The notes under the pieces: model-generated
What the model saw: the letters and a program-made list of their open reading frames with translations, nothing else
What the model was told of the DNA's origin: nothing
The model's database searches: none
Made by a program: the position numbers and the translations under genes
Virus record (IMG/VR): IMGVR_UViG_3300047200_000500
Location: 105,622-169,621 of that record
Direction: 5' to 3' (one strand)
From: a virus
DNA: 64,000 nt
Part shown: piece by piece, positions 8,361 to 18,281 of the stretch
Numbering within the stretch: position 1 is the stretch's first letter
Layout of the letters: every line of letters begins with the position of its first letter

Positions 8361-11300
8361 ATGTCCTCACTATTACTACAAATAAATCTTGACTTACAAG
8401 CTAATAGTGCTATTAATATACTTAATACCATTGAATCATCTGTTGATAAAATAGTCGGCAAGCTTCAACAATTTAGTCAATTTTTTAATTCCAATCCGAT
8501 TAATGTAATTCAACCAAAACAAATTGGCATTGCTAATGATTTGTTAAATGCTGTTAAAGAGATTGATAAAAGTGGATCATTTATTAATTCTAAGAATATA
8601 GAAGAAATGGCCGCTAGAAAGCAGATATTGGATAATGTAATAAAACAATCTGTTGAATTACAAAAAACTGTTGAAAATATGAAGTTATTAAACAAGGGAT
8701 TAGAAAAACAAAGAGATTTTAATAAGCAGCTTGATAAATTTTATATTGAAGCTAATAAATTTCAAATAGATTACAATGATACATTAAAAGATATATTAAG
8801 TGGGAAAATCAATGAATTAAAATTGGCCAAATCTCAGCAAAAAGAATTTAATAATTTTGTTAAGTCACTTAGTTTGGCTGTTAAGTATGAAGGTGATTAT
8901 TTAAAGAAACTTGGTATGACAGTTGATGAAGCTAGAAAATTACACGAAGCGATAACTGATGTTAATGTTGAAACAATTAAACAAATTTCTATTTGGGATC
9001 GTGTAGTAAGTGCATTTATGGGTTTTTTAAATTTATTACCAACAGCTGGAATATTAATAGCAACATTGAAAGATCCTTTATCAGTCATTAAAGATTCACT
9101 GAGTGAAATGCATGATTTATGGAAGACTAATAATAAAGTTTCTAATAATTTTTTAATAAATGCCAGTGAAGGATCTAAGGATCTTAGTAAAACTTTGTTT
9201 AAGACAATGCAAGACATTAGTACTGCTGGTGGTGGAATGAGAAAAGATTTTGCGGAATTAGGTATTGATCTTGGCAAGAATATTATAACCTTAGATCAAA
9301 CTAAAGAAGCCGTTAATGCTGTTCTTGCTTCTAGTAGTAAGGGCATTATTGAAAATAATAAGCAACTTGGAATTTATTCATCATTGGTTGCTCAGACTTC
9401 TAGGGCTACGGGCGTTTCGGCTTCTGCTATAGCTGATCTTACTTTGAAATATAGTATGTTATCTAAAGAAATTGGTGGCGTTAAAGACCCAAATGTTAGA
9501 ATGAGACAATCAGCTGTTCTTACTGATGTTTTAGTTAATGTTACTGGAAAATATCAATTTAGTGTTGATGAGACAAGTCATGTTGTTTCATTACTTAATA
9601 GAAATATGATGTTTTTAAATAAAAATTATAAAGTAAGTGCTGAATTAGCTAAATTAGGAATAACACCAGCTAGTTCTTATGCTGTTACTCTGTCAGCTTT
9701 AGGTGATGCTGCCAAGAAAATGGGCCATGATTCTAAGACAGCAATGGATGCTTTTTCATCTGCAATAGAAGACCCATTAAATAACGTTCTTTTACTAGGT
9801 AGTGCAATTAATAGTACTGACCCAGGAAAACAAATGTTGGAAATGGGCAAAAATGCTGCAAAATGGTCAGCAATGATTGAAAAGAACCCGTTGTTACGTG
9901 GTCAAGCTAGACAAATGTTTGGAAAGAGTTATGAAGAGTTAAAAGCAATGGCAGATGCTAATACTAAATTAACTGAAACTTCAAAATTGAACGCTGATGG
10001 AACTGTTGATTTAATTGCTTTAAATAAAGAAATGGCCGATTCCAGCAAAGCTGCAGAGGCTAAGACCACTGCACAAAATAATGCTAATAATAAACTGACT
10101 GAGGCTCTTGATAAATTAAGGATAATGTTCGGTAATATAGCCAATGGTATGCAACCTTTTATTGATGCTCTTACATGGCTTGTCAGTTTGCCTTTTGCTC
10201 CATATATTATTGCAGGAGTGGGAGCACTTACTGCTTTAGGTGGCGCAGCAATTATTGCTCAGAAATCATTTTCATTCTTCAAAGATGGGATAATGTCAGT
10301 TGTTGATAATGTTAAAGGGATGGTTGGATGGCTTAAAGGGGGAAGTTCTAGTATTGGGAAATTAGGTGAATCGATGAAAACTGCTGGTGAAAGCAGTAAA
10401 TCGTTAACTGCTGCTTCAAAAGGTGGAGGTGGGCTTAAAGAATTTGCTGGTGGTATTAAAGATTTTATTAATACACTTGGCGAAATTAAAATTGGTAATG
10501 CTTTAAAGGCCGCAGCGGCTATAGCAATAATTGGTGCTGGATTAGCTATTGGTGTCTATGCGTTAAATAAAGCTTCTGAGGGGATGACTCCAGCACAAGC
10601 TGCAGGGTTGTTAGTCACAGTTGGTGGGATAACTGCTGTTACATATATCTTATCAAAAATGGGCAATATTGGACCAAATGCTTTAATAGGAGCAGCACTT
10701 GTTGGGGGAGTTGGTCTTGCACTTGCTCTTAGTGTAGCAGCTTTAAACATTGCTTCACAGGGAATAACACTTGAACAAATAGGGATGTTGGGAATAATGG
10801 TTGGTGGATTACTCGTTACAATGGGCATTTTAGCTCTCATGACTTCTCTTGCTGCACCAGCTTTACTTGGCGCTATAGCTGTAGGGGCAGTTGGCCTTGC
10901 TCTTGCCTTAGGTGTTGGATCATTGGGTCTGGCTTCTCAATTGTTAGATCGTAATAAGATGGAACTTCTTGGGATAATGACTGCTGGGTTGATGGTATCA
11001 ATGTTAGCATTTGCAGGAATTTCATTTATTGCCGCCCCAGCAGTAGTTGGAGCTATAGCTGTTAGTGCGGTTGGTGTGGCTCTTGCTGTTGGTATAGCTG
11101 CCTTAGGTTTAGCTTCTAAATTAATTGATCCAGATATAGGTGATAAATTTAAAAATTTAGCATCAGGAATAGCTCATTTAGCGCTGACCTCTGTAACTGG
11201 ACCATTGGCATTAATTGGTGCAATAGCAATAGCTGCAGCAGCGCCATTATTGGCCCTTTCATTGGTGACCCTTGGAGCCGCTACCTCATTGTTCGGGGAA

Positions 11301-11945
11301 AGTGTTGTAAATGCTATAGTTTCGCTCTCTGCGGCAGTTGCTAGCATACCAGCTGGATCTGGCCCCGCATTAATCAGCATGGCTGCTGGTCTTACAGCAT
11401 TTGCCGCTTCTCTAGCTGGTGGTGCCATATTCTCATTCTTTAGTGGTGGGATGGTCAATAATGCTAAAGAAATGGGTACAGCAATGCAGACATTACTTGG
11501 TCCAATAACACAGCTTGGAAGTGTTGGTGATCAAGTTGCTAAATCGTTTGTTTCAATAGCTGATGGATTAAAAGTGTTTGTAAATGCTATAAATGATAGT
11601 TCTGGTTGGTTCTCTTCGTTTGAGAGTAAAGCTGAAAAAGTTGCTGCTGCAATGCGTAAGATATCTGAACCAATGAAAGATATGCGTGGTGTTTCAATTG
11701 GCAGTGAAGTTCCTGCTGAAGAAATTAAAAAGAGTCTTGCATTAACTATCGAGTCATCGAATAAATCAAATCAAGAGATGGTTAATGAATTAAAGGAGAT
11801 TAAGAAATTACTTTCTGACAAATCAGATGATAGTGTTGGTGATAAAATGGATCAATCGGTTGATATTCTTAAGAAAATTCTTAATGAAATGGTGTTTAGT
11901 AGTGGATTTGGCGCTACATCAGCCAATGCTGATTATAACGCTTAA
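8361..11945 (+). CDS. tail tape measure protein
   Basis: 1194 aa, coiled-coil N-half, Ala/Gly/Leu-rich repetitive hydrophobic C-half, immediately upstream of baseplate genes. Confidence 0.8.
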   Translation: MSSLLLQINLDLQANSAINILNTIESSVDKIVGKLQQFSQFFNSNPINVIQPKQIGIANDLLNAVKEIDKSGSFINSKNIEEMAARKQILDNVIKQSVELQKTVENMKLLNKGLEKQRDFNKQLDKFYIEANKFQIDYNDTLKDILSGKINELKLAKSQQKEFNNFVKSLSLAVKYEGDYLKKLGMTVDEARKLHEAITDVNVETIKQISIWDRVVSAFMGFLNLLPTAGILIATLKDPLSVIKDSLSEMHDLWKTNNKVSNNFLINASEGSKDLSKTLFKTMQDISTAGGGMRKDFAELGIDLGKNIITLDQTKEAVNAVLASSSKGIIENNKQLGIYSSLVAQTSRATGVSASAIADLTLKYSMLSKEIGGVKDPNVRMRQSAVLTDVLVNVTGKYQFSVDETSHVVSLLNRNMMFLNKNYKVSAELAKLGITPASSYAVTLSALGDAAKKMGHDSKTAMDAFSSAIEDPLNNVLLLGSAINSTDPGKQMLEMGKNAAKWSAMIEKNPLLRGQARQMFGKSYEELKAMADANTKLTETSKLNADGTVDLIALNKEMADSSKAAEAKTTAQNNANNKLTEALDKLRIMFGNIANGMQPFIDALTWLVSLPFAPYIIAGVGALTALGGAAIIAQKSFSFFKDGIMSVVDNVKGMVGWLKGGSSSIGKLGESMKTAGESSKSLTAASKGGGGLKEFAGGIKDFINTLGEIKIGNALKAAAAIAIIGAGLAIGVYALNKASEGMTPAQAAGLLVTVGGITAVTYILSKMGNIGPNALIGAALVGGVGLALALSVAALNIASQGITLEQIGMLGIMVGGLLVTMGILALMTSLAAPALLGAIAVGAVGLALALGVGSLGLASQLLDRNKMELLGIMTAGLMVSMLAFAGISFIAAPAVVGAIAVSAVGVALAVGIAALGLASKLIDPDIGDKFKNLASGIAHLALTSVTGPLALIGAIAIAAAAPLLALSLVTLGAATSLFGESVVNAIVSLSAAVASIPAGSGPALISMAAGLTAFAASLAGGAIFSFFSGGMVNNAKEMGTAMQTLLGPITQLGSVGDQVAKSFVSIADGLKVFVNAINDSSGWFSSFESKAEKVAAAMRKISEPMKDMRGVSIGSEVPAEEIKKSLALTIESSNKSNQEMVNELKEIKKLLSDKSDDSVGDKMDQSVDILKKILNEMVFSSGFGATSANADYNA

Positions 11946-11971
11946 TATTAGGTTAGGTAAATATAATACAT

Positions 11972-12541
11972 ATGGCATTTATTCTAGCTGATGCTGATGT
12001 GGATGCTCTCAAGCAGGTTAATATCAAGGGTAATCCGTCTGGGTTTACCCTTAATAGTGATAATCTTCAATTTCCACCAATTATTACTAAAGATACTAAA
12101 AATGCGAATTGGCATACTACTGATGCAATGTCGTATGAACCAATAGCTTTCTTTAAATCTGCCAATCCGAGAGACTTAGGATTAGAATTTCAATGGATAA
12201 TAGGTGGAAAATGGGATCCAGATAAAGTTCATAAAACTATAGATGATGTGAAAAAGTATTTTTATACTTGTTATTTAGGTAGTTCATTCCAACAATACCC
12301 GATAGTAGAAATAACAAAATTATATAATATAATAACTCAAAGAACTACTTGGAGATTAAATAGTGTCAATGTTGTTTACAGTCCTGAATTGGTTAATGTT
12401 AATGGAAAATGGTATCCACTTAATGTAAAACTTTCTATGGACTTATTATCTATTACTAAACTTAAGGGTGATCAAGGTGGTGATACCCCAATGCAAGAAC
12501 TTAATACGCTTGAAGATAGTCCAAAGCCTGGTTGGTATTAA
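11972..12541 (+). CDS. baseplate/tube-initiator (contractile tube-like) protein
   Basis: position after TMP; QFPP..D.K.A.W, YEPI..F..A.PR, SVNV.Y..P..V.LS pattern. Confidence 0.55.
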   Translation: MAFILADADVDALKQVNIKGNPSGFTLNSDNLQFPPIITKDTKNANWHTTDAMSYEPIAFFKSANPRDLGLEFQWIIGGKWDPDKVHKTIDDVKKYFYTCYLGSSFQQYPIVEITKLYNIITQRTTWRLNSVNVVYSPELVNVNGKWYPLNVKLSMDLLSITKLKGDQGGDTPMQELNTLEDSPKPGWY

Positions 12542-12543
12542 AT

Positions 12544-12849
12544 ATGGCATTAAGTTACAGTAGATTCAGAAATACTTCATTAGTGAAGACCCAAAATGGT
12601 GCGGAAACTTATGGGTTAATGGAGGGATTTGATGTTTTGAAGAATTTAACTGGTGATCAATATCAAAACTGGATAACTGAAAATAAGTATGAAGGAAGGC
12701 CAGATTTAATAGCTTTGTTTTTTTATAATCTTTCATATTATGATTGGGTGATCATTATGGCTAATAGGCCAAAAAACCCTTTAAACTGGCCGAAAACTGG
12801 TGATGTAATAAAGATACCCAATCTTAGTTTAATTAGGACATTATTCTAA
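12544..12849 (+). CDS. baseplate wedge protein, T4 gp53/LysM-like
   Basis: YEGRPDLIA..FY....DWVIIMAN..W..GDVIKIP. Confidence 0.75.
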   Translation: MALSYSRFRNTSLVKTQNGAETYGLMEGFDVLKNLTGDQYQNWITENKYEGRPDLIALFFYNLSYYDWVIIMANRPKNPLNWPKTGDVIKIPNLSLIRTLF

Positions 12850-13346
12850 TGCCTGGATTTAAAATAGGCAACCAAGGTGATGGACCTAATGCTACTGCGG
12901 AAGTATTTCGCACACATAGATTTATATTAAATAGTTTTCTTGGCAAACCAGGTAATAAACCACCATTTGATATGTTAAAAGATGTTGATTTACCAGATCG
13001 TATAATAGAAGAAATACAAATTAAGACTCCTGGCGCTACTTATAAATTCGGAAAACAACTTGGATATACTGATTTAAAGTTAGTGTTCTATATTCCAAAA
13101 GATTTATTGTCAAAACTTGAAGAAATGTTCGATGATGTCGGAAATAATAAAACAGGAATACAAGATTTTAATACATACATGGATGAAGTTGTGTTAACAA
13201 TGCAACTTAAGGAACAAGATTTTAAATTTACATTTAAAAATGCTTGGATTGGTAATATTTCTTATGGCCAATTATCATATGGGTCATCAGAATTAAAATT
13301 AGTAACAATAACTGTAAAATTTTCATGGTATAATACTCAGGTTTAA
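12849..13346 (+). CDS. tail tube protein, T4 gp19/gp54-like
   Basis: RF..., DLP..IEEI, FKNAWI.NISYGQLSYGSSE...TITVKF.W. Confidence 0.75.
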   Translation: MPGFKIGNQGDGPNATAEVFRTHRFILNSFLGKPGNKPPFDMLKDVDLPDRIIEEIQIKTPGATYKFGKQLGYTDLKLVFYIPKDLLSKLEEMFDDVGNNKTGIQDFNTYMDEVVLTMQLKEQDFKFTFKNAWIGNISYGQLSYGSSELKLVTITVKFSWYNTQV

Positions 13347-13350
13347 AATT

Positions 13351-14589
13351 ATGGAACATGCCGGAGCAGATGTTGAAGTTATAATATCGATAGAAGACGG
13401 GCCTAATCTTAGTCATTTTGTTAATAAGTTTCAATGGAAATCATTAATTAATGGTGGATATTCTGTTTATGCCTTATTCAATGATCCTCATCTTGCGGCG
13501 TTTCAAAGCATTGCTAATGAGAAATATTTAAGAGATGCTAGAAAAAAACCAACTAAGATAAAATGGAAATTGAAATGGAGAATAACTGGGAAAGAAACTG
13601 ATGAACGTATAGCTTATATTACTGATCTTGACGCCATTACTCCAGAAGGCGGTCAATCGTCTGGTTTCTTTCAATTTATTGCTATTGATCCTCCAACATG
13701 GTATTTGAATTGGGGAGATGCTGAAGGAAAAGCATATAAAGGTAAAGTATCTGATGTGATAAAAAAGATTATTCAAGATTATGCTCCAGGAATATCAGCA
13801 GATGTTGGTGAAACTTCTGATAATAAAGAAAATTATTGGTATATGATGAGGCAAGATCCTAAATCGTTTTTGATGTCATTAATTGATTGGTCATCATCAA
13901 TAACCAATCAGAAAACTCAATGGATTGTCGCGAGTGTTGATGAAAAAATAGTTGTCAAAGAACAAGCAGAACTTCCTAGTGGAAGTTTTGGAGATTATGT
14001 TGTTAACTCAAATGCTCCAGGTGCTGGAAATGTAATTTCTTGGCAATTGTTAGAAAACAATTATTTATCAAACTTGCAAACTGTTCTAGGGACTGCTGGG
14101 ATATCGGCTGTGTCTGGCTTGTATTGTGATAAGAAGAACACTATTACAAAGAGTAAGATTAAAATTAATGATGCAAATACCAGCAATAAACTTAATATAG
14201 ATTTAAAACAAGATCAAAGCTTTACTAAACCAACTGATGAGGATCGTGGCTGGACACAAATAATGGCTGTACCAGAATGTAGTGGCGGAGAGTTGGGAAT
14301 AAAATATCAAGATTATATTGATGGTAGAGCAAGAGTAATGTTTTTGAATATGCTAGAAGGATTAAATAGGATAAAGTTAAAAGTAGTTGGGAATAATAAA
14401 GTACATGATAGTAGCAATCTTGGTGGATATACTGTTAATTTAACATGGGTTGATGTAAACAGTACCCCATATGGTGGCAATGGAAAATGGTTATGTTATG
14501 GATTCCAACATACAGTATTTGCTGGCATGTGGACTACCGACTTATATTTAAACAGGCTGGATCAAGATAGTGCTTCTCAAAAGCGCTAA
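13351..14589 (+). CDS. baseplate hub protein (gp27/GPD-like)
   Basis: 412 aa, KAYKGKVSDVIKKII and G.W.CYG..H....WTT.L hub-like motifs; gene order. Confidence 0.55.
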   Translation: MEHAGADVEVIISIEDGPNLSHFVNKFQWKSLINGGYSVYALFNDPHLAAFQSIANEKYLRDARKKPTKIKWKLKWRITGKETDERIAYITDLDAITPEGGQSSGFFQFIAIDPPTWYLNWGDAEGKAYKGKVSDVIKKIIQDYAPGISADVGETSDNKENYWYMMRQDPKSFLMSLIDWSSSITNQKTQWIVASVDEKIVVKEQAELPSGSFGDYVVNSNAPGAGNVISWQLLENNYLSNLQTVLGTAGISAVSGLYCDKKNTITKSKIKINDANTSNKLNIDLKQDQSFTKPTDEDRGWTQIMAVPECSGGELGIKYQDYIDGRARVMFLNMLEGLNRIKLKVVGNNKVHDSSNLGGYTVNLTWVDVNSTPYGGNGKWLCYGFQHTVFAGMWTTDLYLNRLDQDSASQKR

Positions 14590-14655
14590 ATAAAAATTGC
14601 TAAAAGCAAATAATTTCGGGCAAAAATATTTCAGACCTACACAAGGAACAATCCC

Positions 14656-15084
14656 ATGGCCGACCAACCCGCCAACACAGCAATTTCAGTCTTCCGTACA
14701 GTCCGTACGCGGACTGATGTTAACCGTAACGCCTCCATCAAGCAGATGGCTCAGCGTCTTGGTACCAGAGTGGTAATCGCCCCTGGTGAGGAAATCGACG
14801 CCTACTACGCACTGGCCGATACAGCCGCTGCTTCCGCTGCAGCTGGCGTCCCAGGTCCCAACCCCGGTTGGAGATATGGTATGCCAGTCGTTCTTGAGAC
14901 CCGCACACGCGCCACTGTGAATGATGTTTATGCAGGTGTGGCTTCTCTGGCCTTCCCTGTCAAGATCGTCGGTAACGGCAATGATCTCTTCATTGAGAAG
15001 GCCGCTGGCCATCTGACTGATGACCTGCACACTCAAGTTCGCGCTGTTGCTCCCCTGCCTCGGGGCCTCTTCCGCGCTATCTGA
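14656..15084 (+). CDS. probable abundant virion protein (decoration-type), unknown family
   Basis: 142 aa, GC-richer C-ending codons, AAGGA SD, late motif upstream, hairpin downstream. Confidence 0.55.
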   Translation: MADQPANTAISVFRTVRTRTDVNRNASIKQMAQRLGTRVVIAPGEEIDAYYALADTAAASAAAGVPGPNPGWRYGMPVVLETRTRATVNDVYAGVASLAFPVKIVGNGNDLFIEKAAGHLTDDLHTQVRAVAPLPRGLFRAI

Positions 15085-15101
15085 ACTTGGCTTTAGTGCC
15101 G

Positions 15102-15138
15102 AATTTGACCACCTGTGCGATCCACAGGTGGTCAAATT
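15102..15138 (+). terminator. perfect 16-bp stem-loop (terminator or mRNA-stabilising/processing hairpin)
   Basis: AATTTGACCACCTGTG-cgatc-CACAGGTGGTCAAATT; weak U-tract. Confidence 0.65.
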
Positions 15139-15175
15139 GTATCTGGGAAATAAAATATAACAAAGGAACAAACAA

Positions 15176-15685
15176 ATGACTGCTCTCTCCACTGGTCCAT
15201 TAAGCGTAAGCCAAGTCACTAATCAACATATGTTTATTCCGTTTGTGGCTGTAATGCAAGTTAATTTCCCATCTGGATATGGTAATCGTTGGGAACGTTA
15301 TGATGAGCTTGTTAAAATTGCCAATGTGGCAGAGAATGAAATAAATGCATTTATTAAAGCTAATGGATATGCAACTGATTCTTCAAATCCTGTTAAATTT
15401 ACAATCCCATATGGTGACAATGTTGCGAAAATGACCCTCAATGGAAATATTTTACGTACCCCAAGAAGTAGTATTCCTAAGAGTTCAACACTTGCTGTAA
15501 CCGTTTTGAATGCTGGAAAGGGAGTAGTTGGATATGGATGTACAAATGCCGCCAATAAAATACCTGACCCTTATTTTGATGCTTTTGCTGATCAATTAAT
15601 CAGTTCGTTAGAATCAATCATTACAAATGCAACTGTTTTAAGCGTGGAAGTTGCTGGCATCAGATATGGAGAACGCGGCTTATAA
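15176..15685 (+). CDS. probable virion structural protein
   Basis: 169 aa, AAAATATA motif plus AAGGA SD. Confidence 0.5.
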   Translation: MTALSTGPLSVSQVTNQHMFIPFVAVMQVNFPSGYGNRWERYDELVKIANVAENEINAFIKANGYATDSSNPVKFTIPYGDNVAKMTLNGNILRTPRSSIPKSSTLAVTVLNAGKGVVGYGCTNAANKIPDPYFDAFADQLISSLESIITNATVLSVEVAGIRYGERGL

Positions 15686-15707
15686 TTTGAAATAGTATTT
15701 TAGTATA

Positions 15708-16658
15708 ATGATACTTTGCGAATTTCACCGCCATTTTGGTGGGTCAATTTCTATAGAAACAGTTAGTAAAATATCTGGTATTCCTTTAAATGAAGTAAGA
15801 AGGTCAATGGTTTTTGACCCTCAGAATGATAACTTGGGTTATAAGTCATTTTTTAAGAAATTTAACATATTGGACAATATTAGTTGGAATTATGAAAACA
15901 TTTCATTGACTGTTCAGGATGTGGTATGGAAGCTAAAGCAGGAAGGCATTCAATATGCAGAAATTAAATTTTCAGTTAATAAATATTTAAAACACATTAA
16001 TACTCCACTTGAAGATTTTATATTGTGGTTTGCCAATGAATTTGAAACTTTCTCATCAAGTGTAGGGATAACTGTTGATTTAATATTATCATTAAAACAT
16101 GATATGGACAAGAATTTGCAAATAAAAATAGGTAATGTTATTAAAAATGATACAGTAGCTGAATGCATTGCTGGAATTGACATAGTTGGAGATGAACATT
16201 ATTTTAATGTTGAATTCTACAGACCAATATATGAAAACTGGCATGCCGCAAAGCGTGTGTGTATGGCTCATGTTGGTGAAATTAATAGGCCACAAAATGT
16301 TATCGATGCCATAAATATTTTAAAATTAGACAGGGTATGTCATGGCATAGCTGTAGCTGATAATAAAGAATTGGCTAAAATGACTAGCGATAAATTGATA
16401 TCATTTGATGTTTGTTTAACTAGTAATCTATGCACAGGGGTTGCTACAATAGGTAATCATCCAGTAAAAAGGATGATTGAGAATGGGTTTATTGTTAATA
16501 TTGGTACGGATGATCCGGTTATTGTTGATACTAACATAAATGCAGAATACGATTTTTTAAAGAAAGAGACAGGGTTATCAAATAAAGATATTAATAAAAT
16601 TAAAAATAGTGCCTACAATTTTTCTGCACAAGAAATAATTAAAAGAAAATCTTTATGA
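15708..16658 (+). CDS. add: adenosine/AMP deaminase family protein
   Basis: HRHFGGS, YAEIKF, GIDIVGDE, HVGE, RVCHG, C.TSN, GTDDP motifs. Confidence 0.85.
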   Translation: MILCEFHRHFGGSISIETVSKISGIPLNEVRRSMVFDPQNDNLGYKSFFKKFNILDNISWNYENISLTVQDVVWKLKQEGIQYAEIKFSVNKYLKHINTPLEDFILWFANEFETFSSSVGITVDLILSLKHDMDKNLQIKIGNVIKNDTVAECIAGIDIVGDEHYFNVEFYRPIYENWHAAKRVCMAHVGEINRPQNVIDAINILKLDRVCHGIAVADNKELAKMTSDKLISFDVCLTSNLCTGVATIGNHPVKRMIENGFIVNIGTDDPVIVDTNINAEYDFLKKETGLSNKDINKIKNSAYNFSAQEIIKRKSL

Positions 16659-16852
16659 CTTCTGGTGATTTTTTAACAGAGATGGCCGAAGAACCAGAAA
16701 TTAATAAAGCTGGATTAGATCCAGGTTTTGTAGCAATGTTGCAGCGTATGCACGAATATTCTCCAAAAGTACATGAGATGGTTAGGAAATTAAGGCGTGA
16801 AATTTATGTTTCTATAATGCAAGATAAAATTAATGGTAAAATATATATTTAA
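16655..16852 (+). CDS. hypothetical protein
   Basis: 65 aa, ATGA-coupled. Confidence 0.45.
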   Translation: MTSGDFLTEMAEEPEINKAGLDPGFVAMLQRMHEYSPKVHEMVRKLRREIYVSIMQDKINGKIYI

Positions 16853-18279
16853 TGACAATTCATTATACAACAGAAGAGTTTATACAAAAAGCCCAAAAAA
16901 TCCATGGTGATAAATATAATTATTCGTTGGTTGATTATAAAAAATACAATATCAAGATAAAAATAATTTGTCAAATTCATGGAGTGTTTGAACAAAATCC
17001 AGCTTGTCATATTCAAGGTCAAGGATGTCCGATTTGTCATGGATGTAAAAAAAGTAATAATGAACAATTTATACAAAAAGCAAATAAAGTTCATAATAAT
17101 AGGTATGATTATTCAAAAGTTAATTATGTAAGATCTAACTATAAAATTAAAATCATTTGTCCTGTTCATGGTGAATTTGAACAAATTGCTGCAAATCATT
17201 TACGTTATGGATGTCATTTGTGTTATAAATCATATAATTCTAATATAAAGGAATTTATTGATAAAATAGAAAAAATTCACGGTGATAAATATGATTATTC
17301 AAAAGCTGATTATAAAAATTCATTTACTAAAATTAAAATTATTTGTCCTGTTCATGGTGAATTTGAACAAACACCAAACAGACATCTATCTGGTCAGTGT
17401 GGTTGTCCTAAATGTCCGTCAGTGATTTCTTATGCCCAACAAGAACTTATTGATTTTATAAAGGAAGACAAGACTATAAATGATCGTGAAGTTATTAAAC
17501 CAAATGAATTAGATATTTTTATTCCAAGTAAAAATATTGCTATTGAATATCATGGTATTTATTGGCATAGTTATAATAAGTTGGAGTCTAATATAGAAAA
17601 ATATAAACACCACAACAAAGCATCAATTTGTTTTGATAAAGGTATTCAATTAATACAAATTTTTGAAAATGAATGGCTAAATAAGAAAAACATTGTAAAG
17701 TCTATCATTAATGCTAAATTAGGAATTAATAATAAAATATTTGCGCGTAAATGTGAGATTAAAGAATTATCATCCAAGGAATTTAATGAATTTTGTAATA
17801 AAAGCCATATTCAAGGAAAATTAAATTCAGTTATAAAGTTAGGATTGATACATTATGATAGATTAGTTTGTGTCATTGGTTTTAATAGGCATTCGAGGTA
17901 TGATTATGAATGTACTAGATTTTGTAATGAATTAAACGTTAATGTTGTTGGTGGCGCATCAAAGTTATTTAAATATTTTTTAAATAAATGGAAACCTAAT
18001 TCTATTTTATCGTTTGCTGATAGACGATATAGTAATGGTAGATTATATAAAACATTAGGATTTGAATTAATTGGGGTTACTGATCCAGGGTATTTTTATT
18101 TTAAAAATGGTGGTGATATGATATTGTACTCTCGTCAACAGTTTCAGAAACATAAACTTAAAAATAAATTAGATAATTTTAATTCTGATTTATCAGAGGC
18201 TCAAAATATGTTTAATAATAAATATAGAAGACTATGGGACGCAGGGCATTGGAAATTTGTATGGTCAAATATTAAATAG
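16852..18279 (+). CDS. homing-endonuclease-like protein: 3x DUF723-type Zn repeats, PD-(D/E)xK nuclease, C-terminal Mom-like GNAT domain
   Basis: HGDKYDYS..Y..IKIICPVHGEFEQ repeats; ELDIFIP..IAIEYHG.YWH; TRFC..GGASKL..SFADRRYS.G.LY..LGF. Confidence 0.75.
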   Translation: MTIHYTTEEFIQKAQKIHGDKYNYSLVDYKKYNIKIKIICQIHGVFEQNPACHIQGQGCPICHGCKKSNNEQFIQKANKVHNNRYDYSKVNYVRSNYKIKIICPVHGEFEQIAANHLRYGCHLCYKSYNSNIKEFIDKIEKIHGDKYDYSKADYKNSFTKIKIICPVHGEFEQTPNRHLSGQCGCPKCPSVISYAQQELIDFIKEDKTINDREVIKPNELDIFIPSKNIAIEYHGIYWHSYNKLESNIEKYKHHNKASICFDKGIQLIQIFENEWLNKKNIVKSIINAKLGINNKIFARKCEIKELSSKEFNEFCNKSHIQGKLNSVIKLGLIHYDRLVCVIGFNRHSRYDYECTRFCNELNVNVVGGASKLFKYFLNKWKPNSILSFADRRYSNGRLYKTLGFELIGVTDPGYFYFKNGGDMILYSRQQFQKHKLKNKLDNFNSDLSEAQNMFNNKYRRLWDAGHWKFVWSNIK

Positions 18280-18281
18280 GT

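Noticed and set aside
14686-15219. 177-aa antisense ORF
   Set aside because: Opposite a codon-optimised gene with SD and promoter; crosses the hairpin; no recognisable motifs
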